A DNA stretch of 64,000 bases. Source: Minisyncoccota bacterium (GTDB lineage Bacteria; Patescibacteriota; Minisyncoccia; Phycocordibacterales; UBA9973). The notes under the pieces were generated by a model. The model searched no databases and was not told where the DNA came from. It was given only the letters and a program-made list of their open reading frames with translations. Shown in pieces: positions 20,869 to 29,044 of the stretch. Location of the stretch: positions 403,307 through 467,306 of the forward strand of contig JBAZVG010000001.1 in NCBI GenBank assembly GCA_041661005.1, read 5' to 3'. The position numbers and the translations under genes are program-made. Position 1 is the stretch's first letter; the number at the start of each line of letters is the position of its first letter.

Positions 20869-21483
20869 TTAGTTAGATTTAATGCGTAGAGAACTAACAA
20901 TTGTGTCAAATAATTCTTGATCAAATTCTTTTCCTGACCCATACGTACCTCCATTTATAGTGACTGAATATTCTTTTCCTCTAAAAATTTCTGGTAATTG
21001 GTCTCCTCTTAAATAGCCAACTAAAAAAGGATTGCCATCGGCATCAGAAGTGGTCTCTACAGCTTTGTTGCCAAAAAGATTTATAAGTTTTGGTTCTAAA
21101 TATCCTGAATTAGTACCAGTAAGAATAAAATCCACATATTCGCTAGGTTTTAAAACTTTTATATTTGTATTATTTTGAGGCACAAAATCTCGTATATAAA
21201 TTGTAGGTGCAACTTCAGAAAGATAGCCATCACGCAATATTTTCCCCACACTTACACGGAATTCATACCCACCTTCATATCCACCCGAGGCATAAACTCC
21301 ATATCCTTGTGGTAAATCAAATTCAATTGGACCATTGCCTATTGTAATTGTATTGAAATTTTTAACTTCGGAAGTATTTTTTATTTCCTCAACATCTACC
21401 TTTTTATCGCTAAAATACCATGCACCAGCCATCGCAAGAATAACAATAACAAGAAAACTAATCAAAATATTTTGTTTATTCAT
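20869..21483 (-). CDS. Membrane-anchored hypothetical surface protein
   Basis: N-terminal TM; C-terminal FDTIVSSLRI resembles PsbP-like tails. Confidence 0.6.
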   Translation of the reverse strand: MNKQNILISFLVIVILAMAGAWYFSDKKVDVEEIKNTSEVKNFNTITIGNGPIEFDLPQGYGVYASGGYEGGYEFRVSVGKILRDGYLSEVAPTIYIRDFVPQNNTNIKVLKPSEYVDFILTGTNSGYLEPKLINLFGNKAVETTSDADGNPFLVGYLRGDQLPEIFRGKEYSVTINGGTYGSGKEFDQELFDTIVSSLRIKSN

Positions 21484-21543
21484 ATAACTGTATTATATAC
21501 TATCAACCTTTCTCTTTCCACTCCTTTGTTTTTTTATTTTTGT

Positions 21544-21579
21544 TATCTAATTTTTACGCATATGCTAGAATTTCAGATA
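21544..21579. repeat. 36-bp palindrome downstream of PaaX/Cas2-like gene 2
   Basis: tatctaatttttac-gcatatgc-tagaatttcagata. Confidence 0.85.
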
Positions 21580-21588
21580 AGAAATAGA

Positions 21589-22203
21589 TCAAGATAACCG
21601 AAATTGTTTCTTTAATTTCTCATCCCTTAAAATATTTTCTACCGTTAGAATTTCCACATACTTCCCTACTCCAAAGAAATCAGCAATATAAATTATTTCG
21701 TCTTCACAAGGATAGGGATATATCCAGGCAGATTTTTGAAACTGAAAAAAATCTAGTGCTTTCAAATTATAACGTAATGCTTCCCTGCCCTTGGTAAATC
21801 TCATGGGAATATCAAACATGACCAATCTCCATTTTCCATCCCATTTTTTTGGTTTACTAATCTTCATAAGCTCAATATCAAAAGCTCTTAATTTAGTTTC
21901 ACCTTTCTTGGTAATTTTAACTATCGTTTTTCCATCCTTGTCACAGACGTATTCTATTAGCTTTTGACGCTTCATGCTATCCATCACGCTACTGATTTGC
22001 TTATTGGAATATTTCTTAGAACCTTTGAACATTTTAAATACTTGCACTGCATTACCCATAACCGAAGCTCCTAGCACAAGTACAGGTATTGAAGCTAAAG
22101 CCAATACGCAAAGTGCTACCGTAGTGATCTTTGCTTCAGTGGTATCAGAATTTAAAAAATCTTTTAGTCTTTCCATGTACGAATCTTTTTTCATCTGATT
22201 CAT
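21589..22203 (-). CDS. PaaX-like protein (winged HTH + Cas2-like domain), paralog 2
   Basis: KITKKG wing; WDGKWRLVMFDIP...REALR..L....FQKSAWIYPYPC. Confidence 0.8.
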   Translation of the reverse strand: MNQMKKDSYMERLKDFLNSDTTEAKITTVALCVLALASIPVLVLGASVMGNAVQVFKMFKGSKKYSNKQISSVMDSMKRQKLIEYVCDKDGKTIVKITKKGETKLRAFDIELMKISKPKKWDGKWRLVMFDIPMRFTKGREALRYNLKALDFFQFQKSAWIYPYPCEDEIIYIADFFGVGKYVEILTVENILRDEKLKKQFRLS

Positions 22204-22204
22204 A

Positions 22205-22240
22205 TATCTGAAATTATAGCATATGCAGACTTTTCAGATA
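22205..22240. repeat. 36-bp palindrome upstream of gene 2, containing its extended -10
   Basis: tatctgaaattata-gcatatgc-agacttttcagata; the minus strand reads TGCTATAAT. Confidence 0.85.
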
Positions 22241-22246
22241 AGAATT

Positions 22247-22657
22247 CTATACTTTCATAATATATCCAAAACCATTTAATGCTGGAGTCAGATTAACATA
22301 ACTTCTGAAAAGGCGGAGGCGAGCTTGTTCTCTTTTTCTTTCATTTTCTGGTTTATCTTCTCCATTAGGGTATAACCAAAATTCATTTATGCCACTGTCT
22401 TTAGCAACTTCTTTAATGCAAGCTGAAATATATTTCATATCGACACCTTCCCTTCGGAGTTCGGGCTGGTTCTTGGAATCTTTATTGTATTCAGTGTTAA
22501 AAGTGCCAAATAGGATCTCTGGTAATTCTTTATAGTTTTTTCCAGAAGTATCTATCGCAATCACAACATGATTGAAAACATACAAAGCAACATCTTTTTT
22601 GTGCTGTTTTTTCTCAAACGAAAGATTGTGCTCTGCATTTATTTTATTTTCTTCCAT
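22247..22657 (-). CDS. Hypothetical protein
   Basis: 136-aa ORF with ATG; no recognised motif. Confidence 0.55.
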   Translation of the reverse strand: MEENKINAEHNLSFEKKQHKKDVALYVFNHVVIAIDTSGKNYKELPEILFGTFNTEYNKDSKNQPELRREGVDMKYISACIKEVAKDSGINEFWLYPNGEDKPENERKREQARLRLFRSYVNLTPALNGFGYIMKV

Positions 22658-22700
22658 TCTTCTATTTTAGCATGATTCCCGGAAAGTAAAATTTTTGGGA

Positions 22701-22731
22701 CCCCAGTAGAACAGCAAAGCTGTCTACGGGG
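22701..22731. repeat. Intergenic GTAG-containing palindrome (family D)
   Basis: ccccagtagaacagc-aaa-gctgtctacgggg; related to 52177-52210 and 23914-23949. Confidence 0.7.
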
Positions 22732-22737
22732 CATGCT

Positions 22738-23397
22738 TTATAATTTTTTTTTCCAAAGGTCAATATTCTTATGATTACCTGACAACAACACCTTTGGAAC
22801 TCTATAGCTTTTACCACGATATTTTAAAATTTCTGGGCGAGTGTAAACTTCACTACTTGAAACCCTTTCTTCTTCCAACGATTCATATTTCCCCAAAACT
22901 CCGGGAATCTGACGAGAAATTGAATCTATTAAAACCATGGCTGGAAGCTCTCCGCCAGTCAATACATAATCCCCGATCGAGATTTCTTCAGCCCGCAATA
23001 TTTTTTGAGCTCGCGCATCGATACCCTCATATCGTCCAGAAATTAAAATAATATCTGTATATTTTTTTGCTGAAATTTTTGCATAAGCTGTATCAAACTT
23101 TTTGCCAGATGGAGAAAATAAAACAACTTTTAACTTAACTGTCTTTTTAGCCTTTAGCTTTTTGAAAACAGCCTCAACCGCTTTCAAAATTGGTTCTGCT
23201 TTCATAACCATACCTGGACCACCTCCGTAAGGCCTATCATCGACAGGTTTATAATTATTTTTTGGCGCTCTGATAAAATCTCTGGGATTATAAAATTTTA
23301 CCGCCAAGAGCTTATTTTTTATTGCCCGTCCAATAATAGACTCATTTAGGTATGAATCGAAAATATTCGGAAAAATTGTTATTATATGAAAACGCAT
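22738..23397 (-). CDS. trmD: tRNA (guanine-N1)-methyltransferase
   Basis: MRFHIITIFP, DDRPYGGGPGM, GRYEGID, SIGDYVLTGGE. Confidence 0.97.
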   Translation of the reverse strand: MRFHIITIFPNIFDSYLNESIIGRAIKNKLLAVKFYNPRDFIRAPKNNYKPVDDRPYGGGPGMVMKAEPILKAVEAVFKKLKAKKTVKLKVVLFSPSGKKFDTAYAKISAKKYTDIILISGRYEGIDARAQKILRAEEISIGDYVLTGGELPAMVLIDSISRQIPGVLGKYESLEEERVSSSEVYTRPEILKYRGKSYRVPKVLLSGNHKNIDLWKKKL

Positions 23398-23413
23398 ATA
23401 AACATAATACATA

Positions 23414-23495
23414 AAAAAGAGCGAATACAAAAGTTTTCGCCTGGAGCAACTGGATTCTTCTTTGCTCCCAGAAAATTTTTGTATTCGCTCTTTTT
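23414..23495. mobile_element. MITE-like element with 25-bp terminal inverted repeats
   Basis: aaaaagagcgaatacaaaagttttc ... gaaaatttttgtattcgctcttttt (1 mismatch); internal ggagcaa/ttgctcc stem. Confidence 0.6.
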
Positions 23496-23500
23496 AAAAA

Positions 23501-23845
23501 CTAAATTCCTTTCAAATCCTCCATCGCTTGGTCAACAGTCTTCAGAGAAGATGGAGCGCTACTCATGTGTCCCACAGAACTTTGTGGTCGAGTGCTTCCC
23601 TCTGGCTCATTGATCTTTAGATTTACGCGGGCGTTATTCTTCATCCCGATGATTCGCAAAAGAGTGCGGATAGCTTTGGCAGTGTTCCCCATTCTTCCGA
23701 TAATCTTGCCCATGTCGGCAGGATTTACAGTAAGACTGATAAGCACCCCCATCTCGTCCACAGTACGATCGATTTTTATATCGTTCGGATTGTCGACAAG
23801 AGCTTTTACCACATACTCCAGAAATATCTGATCAGCGTCTTGCAT
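23501..23845 (-). CDS. khpA: KH-domain RNA-binding protein
   Basis: DMGKIIGRMGNTAKAIRTLL; rpsP-KH-trmD context. Confidence 0.9.
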   Translation of the reverse strand: MQDADQIFLEYVVKALVDNPNDIKIDRTVDEMGVLISLTVNPADMGKIIGRMGNTAKAIRTLLRIIGMKNNARVNLKINEPEGSTRPQSSVGHMSSAPSSLKTVDQAMEDLKGI

Positions 23846-23913
23846 ATGTTTCAGTAAATTTTTATTTTTTAATCAAATGCAGTGTACGACCGATACTGCT
23901 TGCGGTAATTATA

Positions 23914-23949
23914 CCCTGCAGTAAAATTTTTGCAAAATTTACTACGGGG
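23914..23949. repeat. Intergenic palindrome (family D-like)
   Basis: ccctgcagtaaaattt-ttgc-aaaatttactacgggg. Confidence 0.55.
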
Positions 23950-23958
23950 CAAGTAAAA

Positions 23959-24285
23959 CTATTTTTTGGCTTTCAACTCCTTTTTCTTTTGGGTTGGTTT
24001 CTTCTTCGGCAGAACATTCACTTTTTTGCCTTCTATGATTTTTCCATGCACTAGAAAATTGTGCATCGTATCTGAAAGTTTTGCTCCTTTGGAAAGCCAA
24101 TACTTTATTCGGTCATCAACAAAACTCGTCCGCTGTTTCTTGTCTGCCACCTTTGGATTGTATGTTCCGAGTATTTCTAAAAATTTTCCACTCTTCGTGC
24201 TGTTCTTTGAGTCAGTCAAAACCACTCGAAAAGCTGGATCGTTCTTTCTGCCTATTCTTTGCAATCTTATTTTTAACATGGTCAT
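23959..24285 (-). CDS. rpsP: 30S ribosomal protein S16
   Basis: MLKIRLQRIGRKNDPAFRVV...LGTYNP...YWLSKGA. Confidence 0.97.
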   Translation of the reverse strand: MTMLKIRLQRIGRKNDPAFRVVLTDSKNSTKSGKFLEILGTYNPKVADKKQRTSFVDDRIKYWLSKGAKLSDTMHNFLVHGKIIEGKKVNVLPKKKPTQKKKELKAKK

Positions 24286-24342
24286 AGCTTAACATAAATT
24301 ACAAAAAAGGCAAACATTGCTACTTTATGTTATATTTACCGA

Positions 24343-26487
24343 GTGAAAAACCAAATGAATAAAAAAGAGGGCCTCGCCCGTAGGCCTATGGCCGAGGGCA
24401 TTATATCCATTACCTCCAAAGGCACTGGATATGTTGCCATTGGGGACGCAAAAAACAAACAAGACCCAGAAATTGATTCCAAGTATTTGAATACTGCCCT
24501 GCATGGAGATCTAGTCGAAATTACCCTGCATCCAAAAGGTAAAGCAAGACAGACAGCTGAAGTTTCAAAAATAATCACCCGCGCGAAAATGCGTTTTGCT
24601 GGAGTTTTAGAATTAGACCCCACCAAGAACGGGGCAAGAAACAATATATTTTTCTTGAAACCAGATGATACAAAAATGTACACGGATATTCTAATACCCG
24701 AGGGAGAATTAAACGGAGCAAAGGCGGGACAAAAAGTCTTTGTGGAAATAACTTCTTGGACAGATGCAAGCAAAGCTCCTGTCGGAAAAGTAATCAAAAT
24801 TTTAGGAAATCCGGGAGATAATGACACAGAAATGCATTCTATCGCAATGGAAAAAGGATTCGATTCAGAATTACCCCAAGAAGTAGAGAACGAGGCCAGA
24901 GAAATAAAAATACGCGGTATAAAAGAAAGTGATTACGCATCGCGTCGCGATTTCAGAAAAACTTTAACTTTCACCATTGACCCCTCAGATGCAAAAGATT
25001 TCGATGATGCAATTTCGTTTCGAGTTATTAATTCCCCTCTTGAGGGGTGGCCGAAGGACGGGGTGGAAAATGCATCCACCTCCCTCCGACAAAAGTCGGA
25101 GTACTCCTCAAGAGGAGAATTGTACGAAATAGGCATACATATAGCAGACGTATCGCATTATGTAAAAATAGGCAGTGCTTTGGATGTCGAAGCGCGAGAA
25201 CGAGGAACTTCGGTTTATTTAGTGGATAGGACAATACCGATGTTGCCCGAGACATTATCAAATGATCTATGTAGCCTGGTACCCAATAAAGACAGACTCA
25301 CCATGAGCGCAGTTTTTATTATGGACAAAAATGCCAAAGTAAAAAATGAATGGTATGGCGCTACCATTATACATTCTCAAAAAAGATTTACTTATGAAGA
25401 AGCCGAGGAATCCCTCGGCCATAGCCCTACGGGCGAGGCAATCAAAAAACTGAATGCTCCCCTGCATAAAGAATTGTCTATTTTAAATGATCTGGCAAAA
25501 AAATTAACAAAAGAAAGATTTGATAACGGCGCCATATCGCTTGATCAGGAAGAAGTAAAATTTGTATTAGATAAGAATGGAACACCGATAAAAGTAATCA
25601 CAAAAGAGCGCGGAGATTCTAATAGATTAATTGAGGAATTCATGCTTCTTGCCAACAAAAGAGTGGCGAAGATTTTATCTCCCCAATCTTCCCGCAGTCA
25701 CCTATCTGGGAAAGAAGAAAATAATAATATTTCTATATACCGCGTGCATGATCTACCAAGCAAGGAAAAGATGGCAGATCTGGCATTTTTTCTGCGAAGT
25801 TTGGGACATAAAATATCTTTAGTAAACGGAGTCATACCCAGTCATGAAATAAATAATCTTCTAAAAAAATTAGAAGGAAAGAATGAGGAAAACACAGTGA
25901 ATCGCGCGGTGATACGCTCCATGGCAAAAGCGATTTATTCAACCAAAAACATCGGGCACTACGGACTCGCTTTTGAGCATTACACGCACTTCACTTCCCC
26001 GATCAGACGATACCCGGATATCATAGTGCACAGATTACTTGCCAATTTTCTTGCCGGTAAAAAAGTCGGCAAAGAAAAATTGCTTGAATATGAAAAAATC
26101 GCCAGAATTTCATCTGAACAGGAAAAACGCGCTTCCGATGCTGAACGAGCTTCCATCAAATATAAACAAGTTGAGTATATGTCGAAGCGTCTAGGAGAAA
26201 ATTTCGAGGGAATCATAAGTGGAATTACAGAGTGGGGCATTTATGTAGAAGAAACAGAAACGAAATGCGAAGGACTAGTGCGAATACGTGACATGAGCGA
26301 TGATTTTTATGTTTTTAATGAAAAGAAAATAGAATTAGTTGGACAAGGGAAGAAGTCCCGACGCCCTTCGGGGTCGGGATCCCGATCGCAAGCATCGGGA
26401 AAAAAATATCGACTAGGCGATCGTGTTAAGATAAAAGTAAAAGGAACTGATCTGGAGAAAAAAACAATAGACTACGTTTTATTATAG
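24343..26487 (+). CDS. rnr: Ribonuclease R with up to five in-frame palindromic insertions
   Basis: TIDPSDAKDFDDA, HIADVSHYV, IEEFMLLAN, YTHFTSPIRRYPD; C-terminal S1 domain. Confidence 0.95.
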   Translation: MKNQMNKKEGLARRPMAEGIISITSKGTGYVAIGDAKNKQDPEIDSKYLNTALHGDLVEITLHPKGKARQTAEVSKIITRAKMRFAGVLELDPTKNGARNNIFFLKPDDTKMYTDILIPEGELNGAKAGQKVFVEITSWTDASKAPVGKVIKILGNPGDNDTEMHSIAMEKGFDSELPQEVENEAREIKIRGIKESDYASRRDFRKTLTFTIDPSDAKDFDDAISFRVINSPLEGWPKDGVENASTSLRQKSEYSSRGELYEIGIHIADVSHYVKIGSALDVEARERGTSVYLVDRTIPMLPETLSNDLCSLVPNKDRLTMSAVFIMDKNAKVKNEWYGATIIHSQKRFTYEEAEESLGHSPTGEAIKKLNAPLHKELSILNDLAKKLTKERFDNGAISLDQEEVKFVLDKNGTPIKVITKERGDSNRLIEEFMLLANKRVAKILSPQSSRSHLSGKEENNNISIYRVHDLPSKEKMADLAFFLRSLGHKISLVNGVIPSHEINNLLKKLEGKNEENTVNRAVIRSMAKAIYSTKNIGHYGLAFEHYTHFTSPIRRYPDIIVHRLLANFLAGKKVGKEKLLEYEKIARISSEQEKRASDAERASIKYKQVEYMSKRLGENFEGIISGITEWGIYVEETETKCEGLVRIRDMSDDFYVFNEKKIELVGQGKKSRRPSGSGSRSQASGKKYRLGDRVKIKVKGTDLEKKTIDYVLL
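24371..24398 (+). repeat. 28-bp palindromic element (family C) inside rnr
   Basis: gcctcgcccgtaggcctatggccgaggg. Confidence 0.85.
25031..25120. mobile_element. 90-bp family A doublet inserted in-frame in rnr
   Basis: attcccctcttgaggggtgg...actcctcaagaggagaat; homologous to 56881-57035 and 63323-63418. Confidence 0.9.
25412..25439 (-). repeat. 28-bp palindromic element (family C), inverted copy, inside rnr
   Basis: Reverse complement is 27/28 identical to 24371-24398. Confidence 0.85.
26356..26400. repeat. 45-bp double-hairpin insertion in the rnr S1 domain
   Basis: tcccgacgccc-ttcg-gggtcggga followed by tcccgatcgcaagcatcggga; encodes SRRPSGSGSRSQASG. Confidence 0.75.
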
Positions 26488-26499
26488 ATTTTTTAAAAT

Positions 26500-27594
26500 A
26501 TGCCAGAAAAAATTAAACTAAGAATTGGATTAGTGTTTTGGATAATATGTCCGGTAATCATCGGCGTTTTTTTGACATCCTCTATATTGCCATTTTTCGA
26601 ACATATTGAATCAAAAACTGCGCCCCAGGTGGCATATGTGAATACGGCAACGGAAGAAATACCCGAAATAAAAGATCCTGATTTTTTAACACTTACTTTT
26701 GTCGGAGACATAATGCTTGATCGTGGAGTAAAAAAATCAGTAATAAAAAATTTAGATGGAGACTATAAAAAATTATTTGAAAGTGTGGAAATACTTAAAG
26801 ATTCCGACATAACTTTTGCAAATCTGGAAGGTCCTGTGTCAGATAAAGGTAAAGACAGACACAATCTATATTCTTTTCGCATGGAACCTATCGTTGTGGA
26901 ATCTTTGAAAGACGCAGGCATAGACATAGTATCAGTTGCCAATAATCATGTCGGAGACTGGGGACGAGATGCATATGTTGATAATTTAACACAATTAACG
27001 GACGGAGAAATACTTTACACTGGTGGAGGAATAGACAGCTTTGAGGCAGAACAACCGACGATTATTGAAAAATACGGAATCAAAATAGGTTTTCTCGGTT
27101 TTTCGGACGTCGGACCAAATGATATGAAGGCAGAAATAGACGAGGCAGGTCTGTTGCTTGCACACAATCCGTATTTTGATGAAATAATCCAAAATGCTTC
27201 AAAACAAGTGGATTATCTGATAGTCTCCTTCCACTTTGGTGACGAATACAAACCAAAACATAATGCAAGACAAGAATACCTAGCGCACAGAGCAGTAGAT
27301 GCTGGCGCAAAAATAGTGATAGGACATCATCCACATGTCATACAGGACACAGAAATTTACAAAAATAGTCATTGCCTCGCCGAAACTCACTGTGAGGGCG
27401 GGTTTATCGCCTACTCGCTCGGCAACTTTATTTTTGATCAATCTTGGAGCGAGCCGACCATGCAAGGTATGCTCTTAGAAATTAAATTAAATAAAGACGG
27501 CTCGATGACAGCTAAAAAAGACACCTTTAAGCTGAATAAATTTTTCCAACCAGGGGAAATAATCAGAGGTGAAGAAGAGGAAGTGAGATTTTAG
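26500..27594 (+). CDS. CapA family (poly-gamma-glutamate synthesis-like) metallophosphatase-fold protein
   Basis: VGDIMLDRGV, ANLEGP, ANNHVGD, GHHPHV, YSLGNFIFDQ. Confidence 0.9.
   Translation: MPEKIKLRIGLVFWIICPVIIGVFLTSSILPFFEHIESKTAPQVAYVNTATEEIPEIKDPDFLTLTFVGDIMLDRGVKKSVIKNLDGDYKKLFESVEILKDSDITFANLEGPVSDKGKDRHNLYSFRMEPIVVESLKDAGIDIVSVANNHVGDWGRDAYVDNLTQLTDGEILYTGGGIDSFEAEQPTIIEKYGIKIGFLGFSDVGPNDMKAEIDEAGLLLAHNPYFDEIIQNASKQVDYLIVSFHFGDEYKPKHNARQEYLAHRAVDAGAKIVIGHHPHVIQDTEIYKNSHCLAETHCEGGFIAYSLGNFIFDQSWSEPTMQGMLLEIKLNKDGSMTAKKDTFKLNKFFQPGEIIRGEEEEVRF
27374..27402. repeat. Degenerate 29-bp element inside the CapA-family gene
   Basis: gcctcgccgaaactcactgtgagggcggg; aligns without gaps to 29421-29449. 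Confidence 0.6.
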
Positions 27595-27655
27595 GCTAAA
27601 TTCAGCGAAGTTGAATCGCCCGACGCTTCTGAAGAAGCGTTTAGGGAAGCAAAAA

Positions 27656-28369
27656 CTACTTTGTAAATTTGAAAGTGGAAAGAATTTTATTGAAAATAGG
27701 TTTATCGGTGACAAGTAAAGCAACTATATTTTTGTCATTTGAGAGATAAATTACTTTATGTTTTCCACCGAGGTCAAAAAAACCTTCTGATGGAATAACA
27801 GAACACATAGTTTCGCATTCAAATGATGATCCTTCATAATTACCAACTTTCGTTTCAGATAAATTTGTTACCTTACTAGGCATATATTGGTAATAATCAT
27901 GTTTGGTGGCATACTCGGAATTTTTTTTATCCGCTTTATTATTATAGTCGTACGCATACTGAGCATACTCCTTTGAAGTTTGATTGACTTGTATGTTAAA
28001 AACAGAAAATTGATCTCGCCACACAATATGAGACTGATGAGGAGGTCCGGGATTTCTTGAACTCAATGGATCAAATATAGTAACAAAATTTGATTTTTCA
28101 AGAGGATTTTTACTTTGTCCAGCGTCTGGATAATATCTGTCATTATTTTCTATCTCTAGGCTTACTGGGTACTTAAACTCAAACCCATATTTTACATTTG
28201 TATATGTTTTCCAATTAGAAGTATTTGTCTGTTGTGTTCCAATATCAACCACAGCCGGCGCTTCTGCTTTTTTACTTTTATAAATTAAATAACCACCGCC
28301 TCCGATAACTAATAAAGCAATAATTGATATTAATAACGGCACAACGGAACCCTTTTGTAAGTTTTTCAT
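27656..28369 (-). CDS. Membrane-anchored PsbP-like surface protein
   Basis: Pilin-like leader QKGSVVPLL; WKTYTNVKYGFEFKYP; C-terminal ILSTFKFTK. Confidence 0.7.
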   Translation of the reverse strand: MKNLQKGSVVPLLISIIALLVIGGGGYLIYKSKKAEAPAVVDIGTQQTNTSNWKTYTNVKYGFEFKYPVSLEIENNDRYYPDAGQSKNPLEKSNFVTIFDPLSSRNPGPPHQSHIVWRDQFSVFNIQVNQTSKEYAQYAYDYNNKADKKNSEYATKHDYYQYMPSKVTNLSETKVGNYEGSSFECETMCSVIPSEGFFDLGGKHKVIYLSNDKNIVALLVTDKPIFNKILSTFKFTK

Positions 28370-28437
28370 ATGCTATTATTATATCATAAGTAGAAAAAAG
28401 TTATGGACATCACAAAAAATACTGTCATGAATTTGTC

Positions 28438-28460
28438 TGTCAAACACCCGATGTTTGACA
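28438..28460. repeat. Intergenic palindrome
   Basis: tgtcaaaca-cccga-tgtttgaca. Confidence 0.5.
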
Positions 28461-28465
28461 TAGTA

Positions 28466-29041
28466 TTATTGATATCCAGCTTCTGTAAGTAACTTTTTTA
28501 GTAGTTGAAGAGGTGTGCCAGTAACGCTTCCTTTATCCCCTTCAATTTTTTCCACGTATGGCTCCATAATCGGATGTTGAATTCCAAAACCTCCTGCCCG
28601 TGAAAGTGGTTCTCCATTTTTAATAAAATCTTCTATCATAAAAGGGGGGAATTTTTTAAAGAAAACTTTTGCTTTATCAACACCCTCATATCTTTTACCA
28701 GTTATTGTATTTATTACTACAATAGCAGACACTGTTTCTGGAACCAGATCTTCACTATATTTCTTTAGAAATTCTCGCGCTTCGATTTCTGTTTTTGGTT
28801 TTTCGTAAAGCTTACCATTTCCTATTACTACCGTGTCCAAAGCAATAATCAGGGCTGGCTCTTTTATTTTTTTCATAAGATCATCAGCTTTTGCTCTCGC
28901 TAAAATCAATGGTCTTTCGTATGAATTGTTTGTTTCAATCAATTTTTCATCAATATCAGGATTAAAAATGTCGAAAACATATCCAGCTTTTTCAAGAATT
29001 TCTTTTCGATGTTTAGAAGATGAACCAAGAATTAATTTCAT
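28466..29041 (-). CDS. maf: Maf-family nucleotide pyrophosphatase
   Basis: LILGSSSKHRKEIL, DIDEK, LDTVV, EKP, AGGFGIQ. Confidence 0.9.
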   Translation of the reverse strand: MKLILGSSSKHRKEILEKAGYVFDIFNPDIDEKLIETNNSYERPLILARAKADDLMKKIKEPALIIALDTVVIGNGKLYEKPKTEIEAREFLKKYSEDLVPETVSAIVVINTITGKRYEGVDKAKVFFKKFPPFMIEDFIKNGEPLSRAGGFGIQHPIMEPYVEKIEGDKGSVTGTPLQLLKKLLTEAGYQ

Positions 29042-29044
29042 AAT

